Assembly (NCBI GenBank): GCA_024639455.1
Contig: JAHEIH010000026.1
Span: 31,279 to 95,278 of the forward strand
Length of the DNA: 64,000 nucleotides
Direction of reading: 5' to 3'
From: Cellvibrionales bacterium
GTDB lineage: Bacteria > Pseudomonadota > Gammaproteobacteria > Pseudomonadales > JAHEIH01
Positions 20,820 to 34,306 of the stretch are shown piece after piece. A program made the translations under genes and the position numbers. The notes under the pieces are model-generated. The model was not told the origin of the DNA. It worked only from the letters and a program-made list of their open reading frames with translations, and searched no databases. Position 1 is the stretch's first letter, and each line of letters starts with the position of its first letter.

Positions 20820-20961
20820 GCAAGCGGATGCAGTCTTGCGCTATAGTAGTCGCTGGCCGAATGGAGCACTTTTTAATCAAAGTCTTCACAAGCATTACTC
20901 TTGTTTGTCCACCATCGGGCAAGCAGGAACAGAACACAAATCCATTTTTGGAGGTACAACC

Positions 20962-22368
20962 ATGTCAGAGAATACTCTGAAACTTATCAAAGATAACGAG
21001 GCGAAATGGGCCGACCTGCGCTTCACCGACACTCACGGTAAAGAGCAACACGTGACCATCCCTGCTAGCGAAATCGACGAAGATTTCTTCGTAGACGGCA
21101 AGATGTTTGACGGTTCTTCAATCGCCGGCTGGAAAGGCATTAACGAATCAGACATGATTTTGATGCCCGATGACGCTGCGTCTCTCATGGATCCCTTCTT
21201 TGACGAGTCTACAGTCATCATTCGCTGCCAGATCGTTGACCCCATCTCAATGCAAGGTTACAACCGCGATCCACGTTCTATCGCTGCGCGCGCTGAAGAA
21301 TACCTGGCATCTTCTGGCATTGGCGACACCGCCTTGTTCGGTCCCGAGCCCGAGTTCTTCGTTTTTGACGACATCAAGTGGCACTCAGACATGTCTGGCG
21401 CTGGCTACAGCATCAACTCTGAAGAAGCCGCTTGGTCTTCAAGCCGTGATTTCCACGATGGCAACATGGGTCACCGCCCCGGTGTTAAAGGCGGTTACTT
21501 CCCCGTTCCTCCCGTCGATTCACTGCACGAAATCCGCGGCCAAATGTGTAACGCCATGGAAGCCATGGGCTTAGAAATTGAAGTTCACCACCACGAAGTA
21601 GCCACTGCTGGTCAGTGTGAAATCGGTGTTGGCGCCAACACATTGGTGAAAAAAGCTGACGAAGTTCAGGTACTGAAATACTGTGTACACAACGTTGCTC
21701 ACATGTACGGCAAAACCGCGACTTTCATGCCCAAGCCTCTAGTAGGTGACAACGGTTCAGGTATGCACTTGCACCAGTCAATCTCTAAAGGTGGCAACAA
21801 CATCATGGCGGGCGATGCCTACGCTGGTCTGAGCGAAGAAGCTTTGTACTATATCGGCGGCATCATCAAGCACACACGTGCAATCAACGCTTTCTCTAAC
21901 CCTGCGACCAACTCTTACAAGCGTCTGGTACCCGGTTTCGAAGCACCCGTAATGCTGGCCTACTCAGCGCGTAACCGCTCTGCGTCTATCCGCATTCCTT
22001 TCGTAAACTCTGCGAAAGCACGTCGTATCGAAGTTCGCTACGGTGACCCTGCGGCCAACCCATACCTGATGTTCACCGCCATGTTGATGGCTGGTCTGGA
22101 CGGCATCAAGAACAAGATCCACCCCGGCGACGCGGCGGACAAAGACTTGTACGACCTGCCCCCAGAAGAAGAAGCGCAAATTCCAAAAGTGTGTGCGAGC
22201 CTCGAAGAAGCTCTGGCCGCTCTGGATGCTGACCGCGATTTCTTGAAAGCCGGTGGCGTTATGGATGACGACATGATTGACGCTTACATTGACCTTAAGA
22301 TGCAAGACGTCCAGCGCATTCGCATGACTCCACACCCCATCGAGTTCGACATGTACTACTCAGTATAA
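20962..22368 (+). CDS. glnA: Glutamine synthetase type I
   Basis: [58 protein letters not shown] (adenylylation Tyr); GGAGG RBS. Confidence 0.98.
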   Translation: MSENTLKLIKDNEAKWADLRFTDTHGKEQHVTIPASEIDEDFFVDGKMFDGSSIAGWKGINESDMILMPDDAASLMDPFFDESTVIIRCQIVDPISMQGYNRDPRSIAARAEEYLASSGIGDTALFGPEPEFFVFDDIKWHSDMSGAGYSINSEEAAWSSSRDFHDGNMGHRPGVKGGYFPVPPVDSLHEIRGQMCNAMEAMGLEIEVHHHEVATAGQCEIGVGANTLVKKADEVQVLKYCVHNVAHMYGKTATFMPKPLVGDNGSGMHLHQSISKGGNNIMAGDAYAGLSEEALYYIGGIIKHTRAINAFSNPATNSYKRLVPGFEAPVMLAYSARNRSASIRIPFVNSAKARRIEVRYGDPAANPYLMFTAMLMAGLDGIKNKIHPGDAADKDLYDLPPEEEAQIPKVCASLEEALAALDADRDFLKAGGVMDDDMIDAYIDLKMQDVQRIRMTPHPIEFDMYYSV

Positions 22369-22385
22369 GATTTCGATCTATACGC

Positions 22386-22411
22386 ACCCGGGTGGCAACA
22401 CCCGGGTATTT
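22386..22411 (+). terminator. Hairpin/terminator between glnA and ntrB
   Basis: ACCCGGGTG gcaa CACCCGGGT ATTT. Confidence 0.7.
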
Positions 22412-22462
22412 CCTTCGGGAACCTCATATACAACTCATCGATAGCCACCACATGGGTGACCT

Positions 22463-23545
22463 GTGGAACAAGATAACCTTTACACTCTGCTACTTAACAA
22501 CCTGACCACCGCGGTCTTGTTGATCAACGATGAGCTCAATATCGAATTTATCAATCCCGCTGCCGAAGCCCTGCTTAAAGTGAGTGGCACTCGCGCGTTG
22601 GGACAAACCCTGTCTCGCTTTATCGATTTACAAGACGAATCTTGGCAAGTGTTGCTTAACGCTTTAAAAGAAGGCGTTACCTACACCCAACGCCAAGCCA
22701 TGATTGAGGCCCCCGGACACCAGCAATCCATGGTGGATTATATCGCCACGCCCGTCGATCTGAATGACAGCGGCCGTTTATCCGTGATGGTGGAAATGCA
22801 ACCCGTTGACCGACTGCTGCGCATTGCCCGTGAAGAATCATTGATCAGTACGCAAGCCACGAGCCGCAGCCTGATTCGAGGTCTAGCCCACGAAATTAAG
22901 AACCCGCTGGGCGGACTGCGTGGCGCGGCCCAATTACTCGCCAGCGAACTCGACTCCGCCGAATTGCGCGACTACACCGAAGTCATCATCGAAGAGGCCG
23001 ATCGACTACGCAACTTGGTCGACCGTATGCTCGGCCCCCGCAAACCATTACAGCGAATCAACACTAATATCCACGAAGTGATTGAGCGCGTGGTAACCTT
23101 GGTCAATGCAGAATACAGCCAGTGGATTAGCTTTGAGCGCGACTACGACCCCAGCATTCCAGATATCGCCATCGACAGGGAACAGATGATCCAAGCCCTG
23201 CTGAACGTCGTGCGAAATGCGATGGAAGCACTGCAGGCAGCGAGCGTTGAAACACCGCATATTGGTCTGCGCACTCGTGTTTTTCGCCAATTTACGATTG
23301 GAGTAGAGCGCCACAAATTAGTGTGCTGTATCGAAATTACCGATAACGGCCCAGGCATTGCCGCCGACATCCGTGAAAGCCTATTTATGCCCATGATTAG
23401 CGGCCGCCCAGATGGCACCGGCCTTGGGCTTTCTATTACCCAATCTATTCTCAACCAGCACCAAGGACTGGTTGAATGTGATTCACACGAGGGGCTAACG
23501 CGCTTCTCGATGTTCCTACCTCTGGAGACACGCAATGATCAGTGA
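22463..23545 (+). CDS. glnL: Nitrogen regulation sensor kinase NtrB (NRII)
   Basis: PAS domain, GLAHEIKNPLGGLRGAAQLL, RDYDPSIP, DNGPGI, GTGLGL. Confidence 0.95.
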   Translation: MEQDNLYTLLLNNLTTAVLLINDELNIEFINPAAEALLKVSGTRALGQTLSRFIDLQDESWQVLLNALKEGVTYTQRQAMIEAPGHQQSMVDYIATPVDLNDSGRLSVMVEMQPVDRLLRIAREESLISTQATSRSLIRGLAHEIKNPLGGLRGAAQLLASELDSAELRDYTEVIIEEADRLRNLVDRMLGPRKPLQRINTNIHEVIERVVTLVNAEYSQWISFERDYDPSIPDIAIDREQMIQALLNVVRNAMEALQAASVETPHIGLRTRVFRQFTIGVERHKLVCCIEITDNGPGIAADIRESLFMPMISGRPDGTGLGLSITQSILNQHQGLVECDSHEGLTRFSMFLPLETRNDQ

Positions 23546-24971
23546 AGACATCGTATGGGTAGTCGACGATGATCGCAGTATCCGCTGGGTGCTTGAAAAG
23601 GCGCTCAGTCGCGCCGAATACCACACCCGCTGCTTCGATAATGGCACATCGCTACTGGATGCACTGCAAGTATCTCAGCCGGATGTCATCATCAGCGACA
23701 TTCGCATGCCTGGCATGGACGGTCTGGTACTATTAAAAGAGATCAGTGCCGATTTTCCAGATATCCCGGTGATCATCACTACCGCCCATTCCGATTTAGA
23801 GAGTGCCGTATCGTCTTATCAAGGCGGCGCCTTTGAATACCTACCCAAGCCATTTGATATTGATGAGGCACTCGCCGTAACTCAGCGTGCACTAAAACAG
23901 GCACGCGAACAACGCAGCACAGCTCCCACCATCACACCAGCGGTACAAAGCGATATTATTGGCGAAGCAGCAGCCATGCAGGAAGTCTTCCGCGCCATCG
24001 GACGTCTATCGCAGTCCCATATCACTGTATTGATCAATGGCGAATCGGGTACCGGTAAAGAGCTGGTTGCTCAGGCACTGCATCGCCATAGCCCACGCAG
24101 AGAAAGGCCCTTTATCGCGCTAAATATGGCAGCGATTCCTCGCGATTTAATGGAATCAGAATTGTTCGGCCACGAAAAAGGCGCTTTTACCGGCGCGGCG
24201 TCGATGCGCCAAGGTCGTTTCGAACAAGCCGATGGTGGCACGCTGTTTCTGGATGAGATCGGCGATATGCCCGCCGAGACTCAGACACGCTTATTACGGG
24301 TATTAGCGGATGGCGAGTTTTATCGCGTCGGCGGCCATACGCCAGTCAAAGTCGACGTGCGTATTATTGCCGCCACACACCAAAACCTTGAAAAACTGGT
24401 CGCTGATCACAGCTTCCGCGAAGACTTATTCCATCGATTGAACGTGATTCGCATTCATATTCCCAGTTTGCGCGAACGCCGAGAGGATATCCCTGCGTTG
24501 GCCAAGCATTTCTTGGCGCGCGCGGCCAAAGAGCTCAGCGTTGAGACCAAGCAACTGCTGGCAGAGACCGAGAAACTGATCAGCTCATTGAATTGGCCTG
24601 GCAACGTGCGCCAATTAGAAAACGCCTGTCGCTGGTTAACGGTCATGGCATCTGGGCGAGACATCCTGCCTAATGATCTGCCCCCAGAGCTATTGCAAAG
24701 CAGCAGTGGCAGTGCCATGAGCCAGAACATTAATGGCAATGGCGGCAGTAGCGAGTGGACCGATTTCCTCTATCAATGGGCTGACGACACACTAAGTGAA
24801 GGTCGCCAAGCCATTTTAGATCGCGCCGTACCCCAGTTTGAGCGCACCATGATCGAAGTAGCCCTAAAACACAGCAAGGGCCGCAAACGCGATGCAGCTA
24901 TTTTATTGGGCTGGGGGCGTAATACCCTGACCCGTAAAATGAACGAACTCAACATACAGAGCGACGACTAG
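23535..24971 (+). CDS. glnG: Nitrogen regulation response regulator NtrC (NRI)
   Basis: [46 protein letters not shown]. Confidence 0.97.
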   Translation: MISEDIVWVVDDDRSIRWVLEKALSRAEYHTRCFDNGTSLLDALQVSQPDVIISDIRMPGMDGLVLLKEISADFPDIPVIITTAHSDLESAVSSYQGGAFEYLPKPFDIDEALAVTQRALKQAREQRSTAPTITPAVQSDIIGEAAAMQEVFRAIGRLSQSHITVLINGESGTGKELVAQALHRHSPRRERPFIALNMAAIPRDLMESELFGHEKGAFTGAASMRQGRFEQADGGTLFLDEIGDMPAETQTRLLRVLADGEFYRVGGHTPVKVDVRIIAATHQNLEKLVADHSFREDLFHRLNVIRIHIPSLRERREDIPALAKHFLARAAKELSVETKQLLAETEKLISSLNWPGNVRQLENACRWLTVMASGRDILPNDLPPELLQSSSGSAMSQNINGNGGSSEWTDFLYQWADDTLSEGRQAILDRAVPQFERTMIEVALKHSKGRKRDAAILLGWGRNTLTRKMNELNIQSDD

Positions 24972-25136
24972 TCGCTCTTATCTCCTTTGTTGGCAACGCT
25001 GCAGTACCTTTCGCTGCAACATCTCAGCTCACCTGTCAGACCTTTCTCATAGAGAAAGGCTACTGCTGTTAATACAACCCCTTGGTCTTCGACCAAGGTC
25101 CCACAGAAACACTGCGCAAGCCCAAACATCAGACAT

Positions 25137-25165
25137 AAAAAAACCCGCCATGCGGCGGGTTTCTT
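25137..25165 (-). terminator. Rho-independent terminator after amtB (possibly bidirectional)
   Basis: AAAAAAA CCCGCC atgc GGCGGG TTTCTT. Confidence 0.82.
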
Positions 25166-25184
25166 CAGAGCTTGAGATCGAGGC

Positions 25185-26453
25185 TTATTTGCCAGTGAAC
25201 TCGGGGTAGGCTTCCATACCGCACTCCGCGATATCGACACCTTCGTACTCTTCTTCCGCCGAGACACGAATACCCATAACAGCTTTGATGATTGACCATA
25301 CGATCAGGCTAGCACCGAATACCCAAACAAAGATCACCAGGGCGCCGGTCAATTGACCCATGAAGGTCGCGTCGCTGTCTGACAGCAGTACCGCGAAGAT
25401 ACCCCACAAGCCAACCACACCATGTACAGAGATCGCACCGACAGGATCATCGAGTTTCAGTTTATCCAAGCCAATGATGCTGAACACTACCAATACACCG
25501 CCAATCGCGCCGATAATGGTGGCCAACAGAGGCGTAGGATCTGCAGGTTCTGCAGTGATCGCCACAAGACCAGCCAGTGCGCCGTTCAACGCCATGGTTA
25601 AGTCAGCCTTGCCGAACAGAACGCGAGCAGTCAGCAGCGCAGCAATCAAACCGCCAGCCGCGGCGGCATTGGTGTTCAGGAATACGTTTGCCACTTCGTT
25701 AGCTACCGAGATGCCACCCAATTTCAGGGTTGAACCACCGTTGAAGCCGAACCAACCCATCCACAGGATAAAGGTACCTAGGGTAGCCAGCGGCAAGTTA
25801 GCACCTGGAATCGCCTGTACTTGACCCTCTTTACCGTACTTACCTTTACGTGGGCCGAGCAACAGTACACCCGCCAGCGCTGCAGCAGCACCCGCCATGT
25901 GAACGATACCTGAGCCAGCGTAGTCGCTAAAGTTCAACTCGCCGATGAAGGGAACAGGGTTACCACCCCAAGTCCAGCCACCCTCGATGGGGTAGATGAA
26001 GCCCGTCATCACCACTGAGAACACCAAGAAGGCCCACAGCTTCATACGCTCAGCAACAGCACCTGATACGATCGACATACAGGTTGCCACGAAGACTACC
26101 TGGAAGAAGAAGTCAGACGCGCCAGAGTATACGGAATCTCCGTCAAAGCCCGCTTCAGCCGAAGCCGCTAAAACGCCTGCCACGGCTGCATCATCCATCT
26201 GCGCCACGGTGGTTACACCCGACAGGAAGTAGCCGCCGCCGTACATGAACTCGTAGCCACACACCAAGTACATGGTGCTAGCAATCGCGAACAAGGCCAC
26301 GTTTTTAGTCAAAATTTCAGTGGTGTTTTTAGCGCGCACAAGGCCCGCTTCCAACATGGCGAAACCCGCTGCCATCCACATTACCAGTGCGCCACAGATC
26401 AAGAAATAGAACGTGTCCATGGCGTATTGCAGTTCAAAAATTTGGTTTTCCAT
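25185..26453 (-). CDS. amtB: Ammonium transporter
   Basis: MWMAAGFAMLEAG, FFQVVF, SGAVAER, DYAGSGIVH, LWMGWFGFNGGS, DDPVGAISVHG. Confidence 0.95.
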   Translation of the reverse strand: MENQIFELQYAMDTFYFLICGALVMWMAAGFAMLEAGLVRAKNTTEILTKNVALFAIASTMYLVCGYEFMYGGGYFLSGVTTVAQMDDAAVAGVLAASAEAGFDGDSVYSGASDFFFQVVFVATCMSIVSGAVAERMKLWAFLVFSVVMTGFIYPIEGGWTWGGNPVPFIGELNFSDYAGSGIVHMAGAAAALAGVLLLGPRKGKYGKEGQVQAIPGANLPLATLGTFILWMGWFGFNGGSTLKLGGISVANEVANVFLNTNAAAAGGLIAALLTARVLFGKADLTMALNGALAGLVAITAEPADPTPLLATIIGAIGGVLVVFSIIGLDKLKLDDPVGAISVHGVVGLWGIFAVLLSDSDATFMGQLTGALVIFVWVFGASLIVWSIIKAVMGIRVSAEEEYEGVDIAECGMEAYPEFTGK

Positions 26454-26488
26454 CCTAGCTCTCCTTAAGCCTTGGGATACAACGCGCC

Positions 26489-27552
<1,064 letters not shown>

Positions 27553-27619
27553 GGTATCTCTCCAAAGATGATTCAGAAGGTTAATAGCCTTCTGTTGTAA
27601 TGTTTTACACACATGGATT

Positions 27620-27635
27620 TGCATCAGCCGTGCCA
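27620..27635 (-). promoter_or_regulatory. Sigma54 promoter of the porin-glnK-amtB operon
   Basis: Minus strand TGGCACGGCTGATGCA. Confidence 0.82.
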
Positions 27636-27719
27636 ATTTTTTTTATTCTATTATTTTCAATGCCTTACATATAAATTTAATTTTTTGCACCACAGATACA
27701 ACGGTTTTGAAAAATCTAT

Positions 27720-27754
27720 CGCACCATTATGGCTCCGCGCACCATCTTGGTGCG
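27720..27754. promoter_or_regulatory. NtrC binding sites
   Basis: Palindrome CGCACCATCTTGGTGCG (27738-27754) plus the weaker CGCACCATTATGGCTCC (27720), about 100 bp upstream of the sigma54 site. Confidence 0.8.
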
Positions 27755-27828
27755 CAAAAACTGTGCGTCGGTCTAGGGCACAGCGAGCTTCATTTGGGGT
27801 AGAATTTGTTAACACTTAGGAGAACCCC

Positions 27829-28062
27829 ATGAACAAGCCCCCTTTTTCGATCGAAGACTTCGTCAAACAAGCCGTCGATTTATTGCCCGGTGAAGCGGCA
27901 CGTGGCGATATGCAGAAGAACTTTCGCGCCCTCGTGCAAAGCGCACTGGAAAAGATGGATGTGGTCAGTCGTGCAGAATTCGACGCCCAAGCTGACAAGT
28001 TGCGCCGTTGCCAAGCACAATTAGCCGAATTGGAAGCTGAACTCAAAGCGCTGAGCGAATAG
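27829..28062 (+). CDS. ubiK: Ubiquinone biosynthesis accessory factor UbiK (BMFP/YqiC family)
   Basis: LEKMDVVSRAEFDAQ...LAELEAEL; conserved glnK<-ubiK->comM context. Confidence 0.82.
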   Translation: MNKPPFSIEDFVKQAVDLLPGEAARGDMQKNFRALVQSALEKMDVVSRAEFDAQADKLRRCQAQLAELEAELKALSE

Positions 28063-28095
28063 TCCGCTCAGTCGCGCGACACGCAAGGATGCTCT

Positions 28096-29586
28096 ATGTC
28101 GCTTACTCATACATTATGCTGTGCCATGCACGGCTTGGATGCGCCGACTGTCACCGTTGAAACACATATCGCCAACGGCCTTCCCTGCTTAAACATGGTC
28201 GGGCTAGCGGAAATGACCGTGCGCGAAGCGAAAGACAGAGTGCGAAGTGCGCTGCAGACCTCAGGCTTCGAGTTCCCGCAACGCCGCATCACCCTCAACC
28301 TCGCGCCCGCCGATTTACCCAAGGAAGGCAGCCGTTTTGATCTTGCCATCGCCATCGGCATCCTGACCGCATCAAAACAATTACCGGCAAATATAGCCAA
28401 GGGATTTATCTTACTTGGCGAGCTTTCTCTCGATGGCAGCCTGCGCCCAGTGCGCGGGGTGCTTAGCGCAGCCTTCTCCGCACACAAGCTCGGCTTTACC
28501 CTCATCGTTCCTCACGACAATCAGTACGAAGCCGCGCTTGTCTCCGGGGTCACAAGTTTCGCTGCAAAGAGCCTGCTTCAAGTGTGTGCCCACCTCCGCG
28601 GCGATGAGGATCTACCCCACTGCCAAGGTATTGCAACCACCCACTCGTCAAACACGGCGGACATGGCAGAAGTCGTGGGTCAAGCGCTTGCCAAACGCGG
28701 CTGCGAAATAGCCGCCGCGGGAAGCCATAACCTGCTGCTGTTCGGCGCACCTGGCACGGGCAAGTCGCTGCTTGCACAACGCTTTAAGACCATCTTGCCG
28801 CCGCTCAATGACAGTGAAGGTCTGGAGGTGGCAGCGATTTATTCCCTTCTTGGGTTGCCACAACTGTATGGTGAGCGCCCCTTTCACGCGCCGCATCACA
28901 GCGCCTCAGCGGTGGCCTTGTGCGGTGGCGGTAGCGACCCCAAACCGGGCGCGATAAGCCTCGCCCACCACGGGGTGTTGTTTTTGGATGAGCTTCCTGA
29001 ATTTCAACGACATAGTATCGAGATGCTGCGTGAACCGCTGGAAAACGGTGAGATCCATATCGCCCGCGCCAAACGCATCATTTGCTACCCGGCGCGCTTC
29101 CAACTGATTGCGGCTATGAACCCTTGCCCCTGCGGGTATTACGGCAGTACGCAACACACATGCCGCTGTAGTTTGGAACAGGTGCAGCGCTATCGCAGCA
29201 AGATCTCGGGCCCCTTACTCGACCGTATCGATTTACACATCGCCATGGACAGCGACAACATCGACTTGTTTGCCGATACAGCCAGCAACGAAAGCTCTGC
29301 CATCATCGCCCAACGTGTCATCGCCGCTCGGACGCGGCAACAGATGCGACAGGGCTGCAGTAATGCCCGGCTTGCGCCCCCTCAACTGAAGGCATTACTG
29401 GACAATTGTCCAAGCGCTCGCGACTACCTCAACCACGCGATGCAAACCCTTGGGCTTTCACCTCGTGGCGCACACCGCGCCATTCGTGTGGCCCAAACCT
29501 GTGCGGATTTAGATGTTAGGGCGCTGCAATTATGCGACGTGCAGGAAGCCTTATCACTGCGTCAATTTGACGTAAACTCGGCGTAG
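28096..29586 (+). CDS. comM: YifB/ComM Mg-chelatase-like AAA+ ATPase
   Basis: NLAPADLPKEGSRFDL, GAPGTGKS, LAHHGVLFLDELPEF, AMNPCPCG, SGPLLDRID. Confidence 0.92.
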   Translation: MSLTHTLCCAMHGLDAPTVTVETHIANGLPCLNMVGLAEMTVREAKDRVRSALQTSGFEFPQRRITLNLAPADLPKEGSRFDLAIAIGILTASKQLPANIAKGFILLGELSLDGSLRPVRGVLSAAFSAHKLGFTLIVPHDNQYEAALVSGVTSFAAKSLLQVCAHLRGDEDLPHCQGIATTHSSNTADMAEVVGQALAKRGCEIAAAGSHNLLLFGAPGTGKSLLAQRFKTILPPLNDSEGLEVAAIYSLLGLPQLYGERPFHAPHHSASAVALCGGGSDPKPGAISLAHHGVLFLDELPEFQRHSIEMLREPLENGEIHIARAKRIICYPARFQLIAAMNPCPCGYYGSTQHTCRCSLEQVQRYRSKISGPLLDRIDLHIAMDSDNIDLFADTASNESSAIIAQRVIAARTRQQMRQGCSNARLAPPQLKALLDNCPSARDYLNHAMQTLGLSPRGAHRAIRVAQTCADLDVRALQLCDVQEALSLRQFDVNSA

Positions 29587-29664
29587 CAAGAGACAACAAA
29601 TGAAGGCTCACACTCATGCGCCAAGCTTGCTACAATGTGCCCCCTTTTTTGAGACCCGACGTTC

Positions 29665-31671
29665 ATGCTCAACCCACGCCAAAAAGAAGCGGTGCACTAC
29701 ATCGACGGCCCACTCCTTGTGTTGGCCGGGGCTGGCAGTGGCAAAACGTCGGTCATCACCCGCAAAATGGCCTACTTGATTGAGCAGTGTGGCTACAAGG
29801 CGGGCAATATCGCGGCCGTAACCTTCACCAACAAGGCCGCCCGCGAAATGAAGGAACGCGTTACCAGCTTACTTCCTAAACCGCTCTCTCGCGGCCTGTC
29901 GGTGTCGACCTTCCACAACTTGGGGCTGCGGATCATCCGCAAAGAAATTCAGGCGCTGGGTTTTAAACCGGGCTTTTCTGTATTCGATGCCATCGATGCC
30001 AGTACGTTAATCAAAGAATTGATTATCGCCGACGATGTTGAGAAGGATCAGGTCGACTACCTGCAGAACATGATTTCCAACTGGAAGAACGAGATGATCT
30101 CGCCTGCGCAAGCGCTAAGCCAGGCCGAAGACGAGATGGAAGAGCTGGCCGCGCGGGTTTTCGAACGCTACCAAAAGGCGTTGCGTGCCTACAACGCCGT
30201 CGATTTTGACGACCTCATTTTGGTGCCCGTGGAACTGTTTCAAAAAGACCCCGAGGCGCTGGCGCGTTGGCGTAAAAAAATCCGCTATCTGTTGGTGGAC
30301 GAATACCAAGACACCAACATAAGCCAGTACATGCTGGTGAAGCAGATTGTAGGCGACCGCGGTGGCTTAACGGTGGTGGGCGACGACGACCAATCGATTT
30401 ACGCCTGGCGCGGCGCTCGCCCTGAAAACCTAGGCAAGCTGCAAGAGGATTTTCCCCATCTCAAAGTGGTCATGCTAGAGCAGAATTACCGCTCGACGGC
30501 GCGAATTCTGCGCATCGCCAATACCCTAATCGCCAACAACCCACACATTTTCGACAAGCAGTTGTGGAGTGACCTCGGCGTTGGCGACCCGATCCGTGTC
30601 ATTCGCTGCCCGTCGGAGGATGGCGAATTGGAGCGTGTGGTCACTGAGATCGTCGACTTCAACCTAACCCGAGGTATCAAGTTCGAGGATTTCGCCATCC
30701 TTTACCGCGGCAATCACCAGTCGCGTATTTTAGAAATGAAATTACAGACTCACCAGGTGCCCTACTCTATCAGCGGTGGCCAATCATTCTTTGCCAAGGC
30801 AGAAATCAAGGACATCATGTCCTACCTGAGGCTACTGGTAAACGGCAACGACGACAACGCCTTCCTGCGTATCATCAACGTTCCACGCCGCCACATCGGT
30901 ACCGCCACATTGGAAGGCCTCGGCGCCTACGCTGGTATGCGACACTTAAGCATGTTCGAAGCCATCGACGAAATCGGCCTAGAGGCACACGTTCCGTCCA
31001 AGGGGCTTAAGCAGCTGCGCGAGTTCAAAGACTGGATGAACCGTGTCGCCTACAACTGTTTTGAAGGTGAAGCTATTCGCTCGGTGCGTGAGATGATCGC
31101 CGATATCGATTACGAAGGTTGGCTACACCAAAACAGCTCAAGTAGCGCGGCGGCTGAAAAGCGCTTTCAAAATATCGAATTTTTGATCACGTCACTGTCC
31201 GATTCATTACAGCGCCAAGAGGACGACGGCGACGAGCCGAGCCTGGAAACCGCCATCAGCCGTTTGATTCTGCGCGACATGATGGAGCGGCAACAGGAAG
31301 AGCAGGAATGGGATCGTGTGTCGCTGATGACCATCCACGCGTCTAAGGGGCTTGAATTTCCCCATGTTTATATCATCGGCATGGAAGAGGAACTGCTGCC
31401 CCACCGCACGAGTATTGAAGAAGACAACATCGAGGAAGAGCGGCGCTTGGCCTATGTGGGAATCACCCGTGCCCGCAAGACACTCACCCTGACCTATGCC
31501 GGCAAACGCAAACTGTACGGGGAGACCTTCGATACCGAGCCTAGTCGCTTCTTAAGTGAATTGCCGCCGGACGACATTGCCTGGATCGGCCGCGACAAAA
31601 CTAGCGAAGACGACAACCGCGCCAAGGGGCGCGAGACCATGGATGGCTTGTTAGGCCTGTTTAAATCCTAG
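29665..31671 (+). CDS. rep: ATP-dependent DNA helicase Rep
   Basis: [62 protein letters not shown]. Confidence 0.95.
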   Translation: MLNPRQKEAVHYIDGPLLVLAGAGSGKTSVITRKMAYLIEQCGYKAGNIAAVTFTNKAAREMKERVTSLLPKPLSRGLSVSTFHNLGLRIIRKEIQALGFKPGFSVFDAIDASTLIKELIIADDVEKDQVDYLQNMISNWKNEMISPAQALSQAEDEMEELAARVFERYQKALRAYNAVDFDDLILVPVELFQKDPEALARWRKKIRYLLVDEYQDTNISQYMLVKQIVGDRGGLTVVGDDDQSIYAWRGARPENLGKLQEDFPHLKVVMLEQNYRSTARILRIANTLIANNPHIFDKQLWSDLGVGDPIRVIRCPSEDGELERVVTEIVDFNLTRGIKFEDFAILYRGNHQSRILEMKLQTHQVPYSISGGQSFFAKAEIKDIMSYLRLLVNGNDDNAFLRIINVPRRHIGTATLEGLGAYAGMRHLSMFEAIDEIGLEAHVPSKGLKQLREFKDWMNRVAYNCFEGEAIRSVREMIADIDYEGWLHQNSSSSAAAEKRFQNIEFLITSLSDSLQRQEDDGDEPSLETAISRLILRDMMERQQEEQEWDRVSLMTIHASKGLEFPHVYIIGMEEELLPHRTSIEEDNIEEERRLAYVGITRARKTLTLTYAGKRKLYGETFDTEPSRFLSELPPDDIAWIGRDKTSEDDNRAKGRETMDGLLGLFKS

Positions 31672-32981
31672 AGCACCATTGCCGCTAGCCAACCAAACAC
31701 CAGTAGAGGCAGATTGTAGTGCAAGAAGGTAGGCACTACCGAATCCCACATATGATCGTGCTGGCCGTCGACACCCAGCCCCATACTAGGCCCCAGTGTC
31801 GAATCCGACGCCGGTGACCCCGCATCTCCAAGCGCACCCGCGGTACCCACTAAGGCCAGCGTCGCCAAAGGACTAAAGCCAAGCTGAATGGCCAGCGGGA
31901 CAAACACCGTAGCGATGATGGGAATAGTCGAGAACGACGAGCCAATCCCCATAGTGACCAACAAGCCCACCAGCAACATCGCCGCTGCAGCCAGGGATTT
32001 ATTACCGCCGATCCATTCTGCTGCGCTGGCAACTAGGGTGTCCACTTGACCTGTCGCCTTCATTACTGCCGCAAATCCTGCCGCCGCGATCATGACGAAA
32101 CCGATTTGCGCCATCATTTTCATACCGTTGGTAAAGACGCTATTGGCTTCGTACCAACGCACCACCCCCCCGGCCACAAATACAAAATACCCCGCCAGCG
32201 CCGCCAGAATAATCGCCCCAGACCAGAGCTGCACCACGAAGGCCACCACAATCGCTAGTAACGCCACCCACACGTGCGAAGCCGGGATCTGCTTGGTATT
32301 GTCGCTCACGGTATCGCTGCTTTGGTACTGCCGCGGGCGACGGTAACTCACCAACATGGCCATTAACAGCCCAAGCAACATCCCCAGGGCAGGAATAGCC
32401 ATGGCTTTAAAAAGCATACTCGCTTCGATCGCCACATCGCCATTACTGGCCACGTTAGCTAACAAAATATCATTGAGGTAGATGGCGCCAAATCCAATTG
32501 GCAGCAACATGTAGGGTGTCACCAAACCAAAGGTCAGAACACATGCGACCAAACGTCTGTCCATGTTGAGTCGATTAAAGGCACCTAGCAACGGAGGGAT
32601 GAGGATGGGGATAAACGCAATGTGCACCGGAATAAGGTTTTGCGAAAATACCGCCGCCAAGGCAACACTGCCAATCAGCGCCCACTTTAAACGGCCAAGC
32701 GCCGCCGATTCGGCGTGTAAACCAGCGATCAATCGACCCGAAAGGACCTTGGGCAAACCAGACACTTCAATACATACCGCAAACGCCCCCAGTAGGGCAT
32801 AACTTAGCGCTACAGTCGCGCCACCACCTAGACCACCGCTGAAGGCGTCGATGGTTTGCTGCAGATCTAAACCGCCCAACAAGCCGCCAATCAGGGCACC
32901 AACGCATAGTGAAGCGACAACATTAAAGCGCGCCAGGCTTAGCCCAAGCATGATGATGACGGCGATTACGATGGCATTCAT
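31668..32981 (-). CDS. YuiF-like Na+/H+ antiporter family (putative amino-acid) transporter
   Basis: [63 protein letters not shown]. Confidence 0.85.
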   Translation of the reverse strand: MNAIVIAVIIMLGLSLARFNVVASLCVGALIGGLLGGLDLQQTIDAFSGGLGGGATVALSYALLGAFAVCIEVSGLPKVLSGRLIAGLHAESAALGRLKWALIGSVALAAVFSQNLIPVHIAFIPILIPPLLGAFNRLNMDRRLVACVLTFGLVTPYMLLPIGFGAIYLNDILLANVASNGDVAIEASMLFKAMAIPALGMLLGLLMAMLVSYRRPRQYQSSDTVSDNTKQIPASHVWVALLAIVVAFVVQLWSGAIILAALAGYFVFVAGGVVRWYEANSVFTNGMKMMAQIGFVMIAAAGFAAVMKATGQVDTLVASAAEWIGGNKSLAAAAMLLVGLLVTMGIGSSFSTIPIIATVFVPLAIQLGFSPLATLALVGTAGALGDAGSPASDSTLGPSMGLGVDGQHDHMWDSVVPTFLHYNLPLLVFGWLAAMVL

Positions 32982-32989
32982 AGCGTGTC

Positions 32990-34234
32990 CTAGAGAAGTA
33001 CCCAGCGAGTAAACCACAGGTTGGTAATATAACCAAAGCCATAGGCCACTAGCAGGGGTAAGAACAACCGGCCGTAAGCGGCAAACGTCACCTCTTGCAT
33101 TTTACCCATGGTAATAATCCCTGCGGCCGACCCAATCACCAAAATAGACCCACCAACGCCTGTCGCGTAAGTGAGCGCCAACCAATCAAGCTCACTCATC
33201 GGCACATCGGCCTTGATAACCGCCGCGGTCATGGGCACGTTATCAATCAATGAAGACAACACCCCCATCACGAAATTGGCCCACGCCATAGGCATCAAGT
33301 CGTATAGTTTCGTTAACTCAAACAACAGACCAATTTCTTGTAGGATACCGACGATAAGCAGAACACCGAGGAAGAACAACAGGGTGTCAAAGTGAATCTC
33401 ACGAATGTAGTGCAGGATAGGCTCGTCATCGGAAGACGATTTGAACCATTCGTCTAGCAAGAACATGCAGCTAAGACCGAATAAGAATGTCAGGACAGGT
33501 GGGATACCAAAGCCGACATTGAACAACAACGTCATTAAAATTGTCGCCAAAAACATCCCCATGATAAAGCGATCACGACGAGTAAAGACGTACTCGTGGT
33601 GTTCAAAATCGACATAGCGGTTGAGACCTGGAAACAGCATCAACGCCAGTGCAATAACGGCCAGCAGCGAAGGCAAGATCAAGGCGAGTAGATCGACGAT
33701 GCTTACCTTACCCGCCAAGAAAATCATCAGCGTGGTCACTTCACCTGTCACCAAGCCTACCCCACCGCTGTTGATCGCAAAGACGATCAACGCCGCGTAC
33801 TTAACCCGCTTATGAGCCGGCATATCGACAGACGAGTAAATAGCTAAGGTAATCAACGTGGTGGTGATGTTATCTGCCAACATCGAAAAGGTGAACGCAA
33901 AACCACCTATCAACAGCAGCAAGGTACGTTCGTGCATACGTGGCGGCAGAAATTCCTGCACCAAATGGCGGATGATGTTTTTACTGTTGAGATAGGCTAC
34001 GAAGGTCATCGCTGCCATCAAGAACAGCCACAGCGTGGCGATTTCTAGCAAGTTTTCCGCAAAGCGCTCGGAAATCACTTCGTGCGGGAGCTCTTCTAGC
34101 GCTGATATATAGAACAGCACCCAGCTCAAGGTACCAATGAACAGCGTCGTTTTGGCCTTGTTGATGTGAATGATGTCTTCAAAGATCGTACACAGCAGCG
34201 CCACGACGGCTAATACGATAAAGACGGTAATCAT
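32990..34234 (-). CDS. nhaD: Na+/H+ antiporter NhaD family
   Basis: [56 protein letters not shown]. Confidence 0.85.
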   Translation of the reverse strand: MITVFIVLAVVALLCTIFEDIIHINKAKTTLFIGTLSWVLFYISALEELPHEVISERFAENLLEIATLWLFLMAAMTFVAYLNSKNIIRHLVQEFLPPRMHERTLLLLIGGFAFTFSMLADNITTTLITLAIYSSVDMPAHKRVKYAALIVFAINSGGVGLVTGEVTTLMIFLAGKVSIVDLLALILPSLLAVIALALMLFPGLNRYVDFEHHEYVFTRRDRFIMGMFLATILMTLLFNVGFGIPPVLTFLFGLSCMFLLDEWFKSSSDDEPILHYIREIHFDTLLFFLGVLLIVGILQEIGLLFELTKLYDLMPMAWANFVMGVLSSLIDNVPMTAAVIKADVPMSELDWLALTYATGVGGSILVIGSAAGIITMGKMQEVTFAAYGRLFLPLLVAYGFGYITNLWFTRWVLL

Positions 34235-34306
34235 TTTGCTGCCCCTAGAAACAAAAAATCCCCGCACAGTCTAGCTGAACGGGGATCTCATAGTTACGAG
34301 TGTCGA

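Noticed and set aside
20576-20961. Long N-terminal extensions of glnA (from 20803) and the NSS transporter (from 20869)
   Set aside because: They run through the sigma54/NtrC promoter region; RBS and family N-termini support starts at 20962 and 20575.
24968-25267. 99-aa minus-strand ORF; also TPP-riboswitch or twister-ribozyme-like fragments (GCTGAGA, GGTCCC..AAGCCC)
   Set aside because: The ORF overlaps amtB out of frame and crosses its terminator; the motif fragments lack the required spacing and remaining conserved core.
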